Source: an uncultured Verrucomicrobiota bacterium (GTDB taxonomy: Bacteria; Verrucomicrobiota; Kiritimatiellia; RFP12; UBA1067). From it: 36,421 nucleotides of DNA. Below, piece by piece: positions 1-7,835 of this stretch (position 1 is its first letter; each line of letters starts with the position of its first letter). The stretch covers positions 1 through 36,421 of the forward strand of contig CAMOXA010000001.1 in assembly GCA_946628745.1 (NCBI GenBank), read 5' to 3'. The notes beneath the pieces are model-generated. The model searched no databases, was not told where the DNA came from, and worked only from the letters and a program-made list of their open reading frames with translations. A program made the translations under genes and the position numbers.

Positions 1-357
1 TCAGCTAACGCGCTTCAGCAAGCGAGACCTTTCTTTGCTATGAGTTGCTTCAATCGTGGCGCGCGTCATCCCATCGCCACACCGTTTCAACTTTGTCGAA
101 CCTCTGTATCTAGGCGAGGGGGTGAGGCGGGGTTTTGGGGCGAATTGCGACGGTTTTGCCAAGTTATCGTAGTCTTGGATGGATGCGGTAGCGCGGGGCG
201 GTCGAACATTCGCATCTGACGCTGCATGATGCCTCGTTCCTGCTTTTCGGGATACCTTCATGATGCGGCACTCGCCGAATATTCAGCGATTGTAACGGCC
301 AGCACTCGTTGGCCGCCTTTTGCGACGCATCTGCCGCTGGCGCGGAGGGCGCATTTT

Positions 358-366
358 TGGTATAAT
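358..366 (+). promoter_or_regulatory. Extended -10 promoter element (TGgTATAAT) upstream of the topoisomerase gene
   Basis: TGGTATAAT at 358-366. ATG at 378 lies 12 nt after the last -10 base, so the predicted leader is only about 5 nt with no room for a Shine-Dalgarno. The -35 region (338-343, TGGCGC) is weak. Confidence 0.5.
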
Positions 367-377
367 ACGCGCCAATC

Positions 378-2225
378 ATGGCAAAGAACGACTACGGCGC
401 AGACAGCATCAAGACATTGGACCCCGTGACGCACATACGAATGCGTCCCGGAATGTACGTCGGCGAGCCCGGAACGGGCGCGATGTACCACGACTGTATT
501 TACATCCTCATGAAAGAGGTGATAGACAACGCCATCGACGAATTCGGACAGGGCTACGGCAAGAAGATAGACGTCAAGGTGGACTATGGCACTGGTGAAG
601 TGTCCGTAAGGGACTACGGCCGCGGCATTCCGCTGGAAAAAGTCGTCGATTGCGTCAGCCAGATGAACACCGGCGGCAAGTACGACAACGAGAACTACCA
701 GTTTTCGGCCGGAATGAACGGCGTGGGAACCAAGGCTGTAAACGCGCTGTCGGAGTTTTTCGAGGTCAGGTCGTTCCGCGACGGGGAGTTTTCCGAGGCG
801 TTCTTTCGCGAAGGGCGGATACAGTCCAAGAAACGGGGCGTGCAGAAGACGCGCGAGCCCAACGGGACGTTCATACGCTACAAGCCGGACGCCAAAGTGC
901 TGAAGAACTTCAAGGTCCGCGAAGAGCACGTCCTGAGGCGCATGAAGATGTACTGCTACGTCAACGCGGGCCTCACGATCAATTTGAACGGGCAGGCGAT
1001 ATGCTCCGAGCGTGGGCTCGCCGATCTCATATCGGACGAAGCGCAGTTCGAGAAACTGTACGCCCCCTTCCACATAAAGACCAAGACGATAGAGATCATC
1101 TTCACGCACACGAACAGGTTCGGCGAGGAATACCACTCGTTCGTCAACGGACAGTACACCACGGACGGCGGCACGCACCTGACGGCGTTTAAAGAAGCGC
1201 TCACAAAGGCGCTCAACGACTACGACTCCAAAAAGAGATTCGACGGCGACGACATCCGCGACGGGCTGATAGGCGCGGTGTCCGTTAGGATAATGAACCC
1301 GGTGTTCGAAGGCCAGACGAAAATCAAGCTCGTCATGAACGACATACGGGCCGATCTCGCGGCGGAGATGAAAAAGGCGATCGAGGCGGAACTTCACCGC
1401 TCGCCGTCGGAGACCGACAAGCTGATAGCGAAGATAGAAGAGACGGGCAAGATACGCTCGCAGCTGAACACGATAAAGAAGCAGGCGAGAGAACGTTCGC
1501 AGGCGGTGTCCGTCAGAGTGCCGCAGCTGAAGGACTGCAAGAACCACCTGAAGCTCGACAAGATAGACAAGAAGACCGGCAAGCCCGAGGGCGACGGGAC
1601 GATGATATTCCTGACGGAGGGAAAGTCCGCCGGCGGCACGCTCGGCAACGCGCGCGACGCGATGAACCAGGCGGTGTTCTTCCTGCGCGGCAAGTGCCTC
1701 AACACGTGCGGGCTCAACAAGGACGTCCTGTACAAGAACGAAGAGTTCTTCAACCTCATAAAGACCCTGGACATCGAAGACACAATCGAGCACCTGAGGT
1801 ACGGCAAGATAATATTCGCGACTGACGCCGACGTGGACGGGCTGCACATACGCATGCTGCTGACGACGTTCTTCATGCGGTTCTACCGCCAGCTCGTTTC
1901 GGACGGGCGGGTGTACATTCTTGAGACGCCGCTGTTCAGGGTCCGCAACAAGAAAGAACAGCACTACTGTTTTTCGGACGCGGAGCGCGAGGAGGCGATA
2001 AAGAAATGCGGAAAAGGCTGCGAGATAACGCGCTTCAAGGGACTCGGCGAGCTGAACGCTAAAGAGTTCAAGGATTTCATCGGTCCGGAGATGCGTCTGA
2101 CGCCGGTGACATGCGCGGACGACACCGACGTGGAGAAGACGATAAAGTTCTACATGGGCGCCAACACGCCTGAGCGCAAAGACTACATCATGGATTCGCT
2201 CGTATGCGACGCCACCGATTTCTGA
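378..2225 (+). CDS. Type IIA DNA topoisomerase subunit B (short ParE/GyrB-like form, 615 aa)
   Basis: GHKL ATPase motifs (EVIDNAIDE, DYGRGIP, GMNGVGTKAVNALS). Toprim motifs (TEGKSAGG, ATDADVDGLHIRMLLTTFF). KGLGE near the C-terminus. The length is short, as in ParE-type proteins. Confidence 0.9.
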   Translation: MAKNDYGADSIKTLDPVTHIRMRPGMYVGEPGTGAMYHDCIYILMKEVIDNAIDEFGQGYGKKIDVKVDYGTGEVSVRDYGRGIPLEKVVDCVSQMNTGGKYDNENYQFSAGMNGVGTKAVNALSEFFEVRSFRDGEFSEAFFREGRIQSKKRGVQKTREPNGTFIRYKPDAKVLKNFKVREEHVLRRMKMYCYVNAGLTINLNGQAICSERGLADLISDEAQFEKLYAPFHIKTKTIEIIFTHTNRFGEEYHSFVNGQYTTDGGTHLTAFKEALTKALNDYDSKKRFDGDDIRDGLIGAVSVRIMNPVFEGQTKIKLVMNDIRADLAAEMKKAIEAELHRSPSETDKLIAKIEETGKIRSQLNTIKKQARERSQAVSVRVPQLKDCKNHLKLDKIDKKTGKPEGDGTMIFLTEGKSAGGTLGNARDAMNQAVFFLRGKCLNTCGLNKDVLYKNEEFFNLIKTLDIEDTIEHLRYGKIIFATDADVDGLHIRMLLTTFFMRFYRQLVSDGRVYILETPLFRVRNKKEQHYCFSDAEREEAIKKCGKGCEITRFKGLGELNAKEFKDFIGPEMRLTPVTCADDTDVEKTIKFYMGANTPERKDYIMDSLVCDATDF

Positions 2226-2252
2226 CGGAGCGCGGCCGGGGGAGGGTTCGAC

Positions 2253-2642
2253 ATGGATGAAACGAGAATGTCCGAGATGACGCTGGCGCTGAACGGGCTC
2301 GAAGTCGACTGCATAATCGGCGAGCTGCCTGGCGAGAGGGTGCGCGAGCAGAGGCTCGTGGTGGACGCCGTGCTCAAGGTCGACGGCGCGGTGGCGGCGA
2401 CGGATTCGCTCGCGGACGCGGCGGACTACGCCGCGCTTGGCGGGAAGATACGCTCAAGGCTGGCGGAGGCGCGCTGCCGGATGATCGAGCGGGCAGCGTT
2501 CATCGCGGCGGAGGTATGCATGGAAGATCCGCGCGTGCTGGCGGCGGAAGTCAAGGTGACGAAGACGGGCGCAGTGGAGGGGTTGAGGTCCGCCTCCGCC
2601 ACGGCGAGGCTTGTGCGCGAACGGCGCGAGGCGGGCGACTGA
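2253..2642 (+). CDS. folB: Dihydroneopterin aldolase
   Basis: 129 aa with FolB-like pattern (LNGLEVDCIIGELPGERVREQRLVVDAVL...DSLADAADYAAL). GGAGGG Shine-Dalgarno lies 6 nt upstream of the ATG. Confidence 0.75.
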   Translation: MDETRMSEMTLALNGLEVDCIIGELPGERVREQRLVVDAVLKVDGAVAATDSLADAADYAALGGKIRSRLAEARCRMIERAAFIAAEVCMEDPRVLAAEVKVTKTGAVEGLRSASATARLVRERREAGD

Positions 2643-2659
2643 AGAAAGGCGAAGGAGAA

Positions 2660-3103
2660 ATGGAAGAAGAAAAGCCACTGCCTGAATACGAACTGGCGGG
2701 AATCGAGACGATCGCGCGCGGAGTGTGCACGGTCGGCGGGAGGTTGCTACTCTGCCGGGCGAAAGGCGGCAAGAGCACATACCTGCCCGGCGGGCACATC
2801 GAGTTCGGGGAGACCGGGCGCGAGGCGCTTGAAAGGGAGATGAAAGAAGAGACGGGGCTCGAGACGCGCGCCGGCGCGTTTCTCGGGGTGGTCGAGAACA
2901 AGTTCATGCAGCACGGCAGGCCGCACGCCGAGATCAATCTCGTGTATGAACTCAAACTGGCCGACGAGTCCGCCGAGGTGTCGGCGAAAGAGGATTGGAT
3001 AGAGTTCGAGTGGTGCGCGCCGGGCGACATTGACGCGGCGAACATACTGCCCGAGGCGTTTCGCGCGCTCGGGAGCAATCCGAAAGCGAGGTTCGAGCCC
3101 TGA
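2660..3103 (+). CDS. NUDIX hydrolase
   Basis: Canonical Nudix box GGHIEFGETGREALEREMKEETGL. Start taken at the internal ATG 2660 (MEEEKPL) behind AAGGAG. The upstream part of ORF 2516..3103 overlaps folB out of frame. Confidence 0.85.
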   Translation: MEEEKPLPEYELAGIETIARGVCTVGGRLLLCRAKGGKSTYLPGGHIEFGETGREALEREMKEETGLETRAGAFLGVVENKFMQHGRPHAEINLVYELKLADESAEVSAKEDWIEFEWCAPGDIDAANILPEAFRALGSNPKARFEP

Positions 3104-3804
3104 TGCTGCACGTCGTCGCAACACCGATCGGGAATCTGGGCGACCTCTCGCCGCGGGCGTTGGAGGCGTTCCGCAACGCGTCGCTCATAGCGTGCGAGGA
3201 CACGCGGCGGACGTGGCAGCTGCTGTCGCACTTCAAGGTGCCGCGGCCCGAGATGATTTCGTACAGGCAGGGCAACGAAGAGCGCACGACCGCGTCGATA
3301 ATCGCGGCGGTCAAGGCGGGGCGCGAGGTTGTGCTGTGTTCCGACGGGGGTTACCCCGCGATATCGGACCCGGGGTACAGGCTGATTCGCGCATGCGCAA
3401 AGGGCGGCGTGCAGTACGAAGTCGTGCCGGGTGCGAGCGCGGTCGAAGTGGCGCTCTTGACGAGCGGGCTGCCGACGAGTTCGTTCACGTTCCGTGGGTT
3501 CCCGCCGCGCGGACCGGGGGCGCTGAGAAACTGGTTCGCCGAAGACAGGGACAAGGAGCATACGCTCGTATTCTACGAGTCGCCCTACCGCGTCGCGGCG
3601 ACGCTCGAGGCGGCGCTGGACGCGCTCGGCGACCGCGAGGCGGCGGTGTGCATCGAGCTGACGAAGATGCACGAACGCGCGAGCCGCGGGTATCTGTCTG
3701 ATCTCGTCAAGGAGTTTTCAGGCGCGAAAGTGAAGGGCGAGGTAGCGCTGGTGATTGCCGGATGCAACCCGAAGTTCGCACGGAACACAAACACGGAGGA
3801 ATGA
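3103..3804 (+). CDS. rsmI: 16S rRNA (cytidine1402-2'-O)-methyltransferase
   Basis: 233 aa with N-terminal VATPIGNLGDLSPRA and ACEDTRRT motifs typical of RsmI tetrapyrrole-methylase-fold enzymes. The start overlaps the Nudix stop (TGATG). Confidence 0.9.
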   Translation: MLHVVATPIGNLGDLSPRALEAFRNASLIACEDTRRTWQLLSHFKVPRPEMISYRQGNEERTTASIIAAVKAGREVVLCSDGGYPAISDPGYRLIRACAKGGVQYEVVPGASAVEVALLTSGLPTSSFTFRGFPPRGPGALRNWFAEDRDKEHTLVFYESPYRVAATLEAALDALGDREAAVCIELTKMHERASRGYLSDLVKEFSGAKVKGEVALVIAGCNPKFARNTNTEE

Positions 3805-6800
3805 CTGTGGCAGACGACAACGTCTTGTCCAAGGCGCACGACAGAATGGCCCGCTGGACCCAGAAGCTGCTGGATTTCTCGGCGAGAAACCGGCTTTTGA
3901 ACATTCCGAAGCACTCGAAACAGATTATTGAAATAGAGTGCGAGGACGTGGCCAGGCTCGAAAACGAGATTTCGGCGGGCGAATGGACGATGCCTACGGA
4001 CGCCGAGAGCCGCAAGCGGCTTTCGGGGCTTTACCACGACGCGAAAACGGCTCTGGAAGAGTCGGGCGTGAATACGCTGTTCATGGCTGTGGGCGCGCTT
4101 GCGTGGAAAGACCCGAAGACGGCGAAAACGTACAACGCGCCTCTTTTGATGATTCCCGTGAGGCTCGACAGACCGTCGATGGCGGCGGGAGTGAAGCTCT
4201 CTCGTCTCGACGAAGAGACGGCGCTGAACGCGACGCTTATCGAGTTTCTGCGCGTGCAGTTCGACGAGCGCTCGGCCGGGATGGAGCCGTTGCCTGCGGA
4301 CGAGTCCGGGGTGGACGTTCGCGCAGTGCTGGAGACGTTCCGCGAAATCGCCGGCCGGCACGAAGGATGGTCGGTCGTCGAACAGGCGTGGCTCGGGTGC
4401 TTCTCATTCGGTAAATTCGTCATGTGGAAGGACATGACGGACCGTGCAGACGAGCTGAGGAAAAGTCCGCTCGTCAGGCACCTCCTCGAAGGCGGCGGAA
4501 TGTTCGACGACGGTATCGAAGTGTTCCCTCCCGGGAAGATCGCCGAGCACATCAAGGCGAGCGAGCTGTACTGCCCGGCGAGCTACGACTCGTCGCAGCT
4601 GGCGGCGGTTTTGTATTCGGCAATGGGCAAGACATTCGTTCTGCACGGACCACCCGGGACAGGCAAATCGCAGACGATCACCAACATCATCGCGCACAAT
4701 CTGGCGCTCGGCAGGAGGGTGCTGTTCGTTTCGGAGAAAAAAGCGGCGCTCGACGTGGTCAAGTCGCGCCTGGATAGGATCGGCCTGTCGCCGTTCTGTC
4801 TCGAGCTGCATTCCAACAAGACAGAAAAGAGCCGCTTCTACGCCCAGTTGAAAGAGGCGCTGGACGTCCCGCCGACAGGCGCGCCGTGTTCATGGAGCCG
4901 CACGGCGGCGGACTTGGAGAAGTGCCGCGCCGAACTGGACGAATACGTCCGCGAACTGCACCGCCGTCAGGCGAACGGGCTGACGGCGTACGAGTGCTTC
5001 ATGCGCAGGCTGGAGGCCGGGCCGAAGCCGGTGGAGCTGCCTGGTTGCGATGCGCTCGCGTTTAGCGAAGGGGAGACGGCGTCGCTCAGAAAGGGTGTCG
5101 CCGAACTCGCCGTGGCGTGGCGGTCCACATCCGCCGACGCCGTGCGCGCGCTGGAAACTACGGTCGAGAGTTTCAAGTGGGACCCGAAGACGGAACGCGA
5201 GACTGGAGAGGCGCTGGCGGCGCTTGCGTCCGCGATAAGGAAGAACGGCTTCGCGTTCGTCCCCGGCGCCGGCGTGAAGGGCCGTGTCAAGCCGCTCTCG
5301 AAAGACGAGATGCTGAAGGCAGCGGACGGTGCCGCGAGGCTCGCCGCAAAGCCCGGCTTCCTGCGGGGGATTTTCGCTTTCTTCGCGGGATTTGGCAAGC
5401 GCAAGGCGGGGGCCGATTTCGCGGAAGCTCTGGACAAGGCACGCGAATACATAGGCGAGTCGCGCGGCGTCATGCGCTATCGCGAGGCGGAGACTGCAGT
5501 GAGCACAGTCGTAAACATGCCGTTCATCGACGCGCTGGAATCGGGCGCGTTCCCGCCCGAACAGGCGGTGGATGCGTTCGACCGCTCGTTCGCCGAAAAC
5601 ACGCTGGAGCATGTGCTGGAGAAGAGTCCGGCACTGGCGAATTTCGCAGGCATGAAGCGCGACGAACAGATTGCCGAGTTCCGCAGGCTGGACGCGAAAG
5701 CGGGCGCGATGGCCAGGAGAGCTGTGTTCGCCAGACTGGCCGATTCGCTGCCGCGGCGCCGCGGCGGACAGTGTCCGAACGGGACCGAACTCGGCAAGCT
5801 CAAGCGCGAATGCGAGAAGAAGTCGCGGCAGAAGGCGGTTCGCCAGATGCTCGCCGAGGCCAAGACGCTTATACCCGTCCTGAAACCTTGCTTTCTAATG
5901 AGTCCGCTTTCTGTGGCGCAGTACCTGCCAGTCGACGCCACGCCGTTCGATCTCGTGGTTTTCGACGAGGCTTCGCAGATACCTGTGTGGGACGCCATCG
6001 GCGTCGTGGCGCGCGCCGGGCAGCTGGTGGTCGTGGGTGACCCGAAGCAGATGCCGCCGACGAGCTTCTTCCAGAAAGGCGACGGAGACGTGGAGGATTT
6101 CGACGACGAGGACGTGGTGATAGAGGACCAGGAGAGCATCCTCGACGAGTGCCTTGTCGCCGGGGTGCATTCCGCATATCTGAGCTGGCACTACCGCAGC
6201 CGCCACGAGTCTCTCATAGCGTTCAGCAACGAGCATTACTACGGCAGCAGGCTCGCGACATTTCCGGCGGCGACCGCCACGCCGCGCCTCGGCATACGGT
6301 TCGAGTTCGTTGAAGGCGGCAGGTTCGAGAAGCAGGCGAAAGGTCCGCGCGTCAATGCAACCGAGGCCAAGGCACTCGTCGACTATGTGTGCCGCGAAGT
6401 CGCCAAGCCCGGCTACCGCAGGCGGACGATCGGGATCGTGACATTCAGCCTGCCGCAGCAGAAGCTCGTGCGCTCGATGCTCGACGAGCGCCGGGCGGCG
6501 GATCCCGCGCTGGAAGCGATGCTTCCCGAAGAAGGCGAGGGGGCGTATTTCGTCAAGAACCTGGAGAACGTGCAGGGCGACGAAAGCGATGTCATACTGT
6601 TTTCGGTTGGATACGCTCCTGACGAGAACGGCCGCTTCACGATGAACTTCGGCCCGCTGAACCTCGCCGGCGGCGAGCGCAGGCTCAATGTCGCGGTGAC
6701 GCGCGCGAAAGAGCAGATAGTCGTTTTCTCGTCGATACACGCCTCGCAGATAGACGCCGGGGAGGACGGACGCACGAAGGCGGCCGGCGCGGCGGATTTG

Positions 6801-7802
6801 AAGGCGTTCCTCGCCTATGCGGAGAGCGCGGGCGGTGCCGCCGCCGAGCGCAAGGACGCGGGTGACGAGGGGCGGGCATCGTCCGCATTCGGCGACGTCG
6901 TCGCGGAGTTTCTGCGGCGGAAGGGCTTCGCGGTAGACCGCGATGTAGGCCGCTCGTCGTTCAAAATCGACGTCGCGGTGCGCGACACGAAGGATCCGGC
7001 GCGGTATGTCGCCGGCATTGAGTGCGACGGCGAGCCGTATGCCGCACAGCTGACGGCGCAAGACCGCGATCTAAACAGGACGGGTGTTCTGCGCGGACTT
7101 GGCTGGCGCATGATCCGGGTCTGGAGCGCCGACTGGGCGCTAGACAGGGCGCGCGCGGAGGAGCGGCTTCTTGACGAACTGGAGAACGCGAGATCCGGCA
7201 TAGACACGCCGGTCTACGATCCGTGGAAGGATCCCGACGTGACCGCCGCCGCGAAACCGCCCGAGGACGCGGCGAAAAGCGAGTACCGGACGTGGTCGGG
7301 CAAGGCGCCGCGGGACAAGGCGAGGTTCGCCGACCAGACTTCGCGCGCGCGGCTCGAAAAGGACGCGCGAAGCGTGATCAAGGCCGAAGGGCCCGTGTGC
7401 GAAGCGGTGCTTAGAGAACGCATCGCCTCTGCGTGGGGCGTGTCGCGCATGACCGACAGGGCGAACGCGGCGCTTGACGCGGCGATACCGGGCGACATCG
7501 TGTTTACGACGCACGGTCTTGGAAAGGTCTACTGGCCAGACGGCTTGGACCCTGAGTCGTGGACGGGTTTCAGGGTCCCGTCGGAGGATCCGTCGACGAA
7601 GCGCGCCGCGGACGAAATACCGCTCGAGGAGCTTCGCAACGCCATGCGCTACATTCTGGGCGACCTCGGCACGTGTCCCAAAGACGACCTCTACCGCGAG
7701 ACGCTGAGGATGTTCGCTCTCTCGACGGTGACGCCGAAAGCGAGGCAGTACCTCGACGCCGCATTCACGATGCTGCCGAGAAATCTTAGAAGTTGCACTT
7801 GA
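3801..7802 (+). CDS. DUF4011 / SF1 Upf1-like helicase / Vsr-DUF559-like endonuclease / DUF3320 fusion protein (HheA-like helicase-nuclease)
   Basis: The N-terminus (LLDFSARNRLLNIP) is DUF4011-like. Helicase motifs: Walker A GPPGTGKS at 4647-4670, motif II VVFDEASQ at 5955-5978, GDPKQMPP, SWHYRSRHESLI, VQGDESD, NVAVTRAK. A nuclease-like block lies at 6888-7136 (FKIDVAV...GIECDGEPY...GWRMIRVWSADW). The C-terminal tail is DUF3320-like. ATG 3801 overlaps the rsmI stop (ATGA); GTG 3807 is an alternative start with better spacing to GGAGGA. Confidence 0.85.
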   Translation: MTVADDNVLSKAHDRMARWTQKLLDFSARNRLLNIPKHSKQIIEIECEDVARLENEISAGEWTMPTDAESRKRLSGLYHDAKTALEESGVNTLFMAVGALAWKDPKTAKTYNAPLLMIPVRLDRPSMAAGVKLSRLDEETALNATLIEFLRVQFDERSAGMEPLPADESGVDVRAVLETFREIAGRHEGWSVVEQAWLGCFSFGKFVMWKDMTDRADELRKSPLVRHLLEGGGMFDDGIEVFPPGKIAEHIKASELYCPASYDSSQLAAVLYSAMGKTFVLHGPPGTGKSQTITNIIAHNLALGRRVLFVSEKKAALDVVKSRLDRIGLSPFCLELHSNKTEKSRFYAQLKEALDVPPTGAPCSWSRTAADLEKCRAELDEYVRELHRRQANGLTAYECFMRRLEAGPKPVELPGCDALAFSEGETASLRKGVAELAVAWRSTSADAVRALETTVESFKWDPKTERETGEALAALASAIRKNGFAFVPGAGVKGRVKPLSKDEMLKAADGAARLAAKPGFLRGIFAFFAGFGKRKAGADFAEALDKAREYIGESRGVMRYREAETAVSTVVNMPFIDALESGAFPPEQAVDAFDRSFAENTLEHVLEKSPALANFAGMKRDEQIAEFRRLDAKAGAMARRAVFARLADSLPRRRGGQCPNGTELGKLKRECEKKSRQKAVRQMLAEAKTLIPVLKPCFLMSPLSVAQYLPVDATPFDLVVFDEASQIPVWDAIGVVARAGQLVVVGDPKQMPPTSFFQKGDGDVEDFDDEDVVIEDQESILDECLVAGVHSAYLSWHYRSRHESLIAFSNEHYYGSRLATFPAATATPRLGIRFEFVEGGRFEKQAKGPRVNATEAKALVDYVCREVAKPGYRRRTIGIVTFSLPQQKLVRSMLDERRAADPALEAMLPEEGEGAYFVKNLENVQGDESDVILFSVGYAPDENGRFTMNFGPLNLAGGERRLNVAVTRAKEQIVVFSSIHASQIDAGEDGRTKAAGAADLKAFLAYAESAGGAAAERKDAGDEGRASSAFGDVVAEFLRRKGFAVDRDVGRSSFKIDVAVRDTKDPARYVAGIECDGEPYAAQLTAQDRDLNRTGVLRGLGWRMIRVWSADWALDRARAEERLLDELENARSGIDTPVYDPWKDPDVTAAAKPPEDAAKSEYRTWSGKAPRDKARFADQTSRARLEKDARSVIKAEGPVCEAVLRERIASAWGVSRMTDRANAALDAAIPGDIVFTTHGLGKVYWPDGLDPESWTGFRVPSEDPSTKRAADEIPLEELRNAMRYILGDLGTCPKDDLYRETLRMFALSTVTPKARQYLDAAFTMLPRNLRSCT

Positions 7803-7828
7803 CTTACATACCCAAAGGTATGTATACT
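7799..7828 (+). promoter_or_regulatory. Sigma70-type promoter with embedded palindromic operator for the tolC-macAB operon
   Basis: -35 TTGACT (7799-7804, overlapping the helicase stop codon), 18-nt spacer, -10 TATACT (7823-7828). A perfect inverted repeat TACATACC-CAAA-GGTATGTA spans 7805-7824. The block matches the tetR promoter at 26530-26559 at 26 of 30 positions. The ATG at 7836 lies 8 nt after the -10. Confidence 0.65.
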
Positions 7829-7835
7829 ATGTCGC

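Noticed and set aside
1-261. 86-aa minus-strand ORF whose stop codon coincides with the first base of the window.
   Set aside because: Third codon positions are mostly A/T (roughly one third G/C in the first 20 codons I checked), against the strong G/C third-position preference of real genes here. No motif and no Shine-Dalgarno. I treat it as non-coding, though a gene predictor might call it hypothetical.
225-265. Direct 8-nt repeat CATGATGC at 225-232 and 258-265 upstream of the topoisomerase gene.
   Set aside because: It is too short to distinguish from chance and has no associated palindrome or known binding-site pattern.
258-1964. 568-aa minus-strand ORF opposite the topoisomerase gene. 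Similar long antisense or off-frame ORFs include 2551..3672-, 5895..7061-, 14356..16035-, 18600..20021-, 21933..23072-, 29502..31754+ and 5117..6040+.
   Set aside because: All overlap CDS with clear family motifs, and all have Arg/Pro/Ala/His-rich translations without motifs. They are GC-bias artefacts, not overlapping genes.
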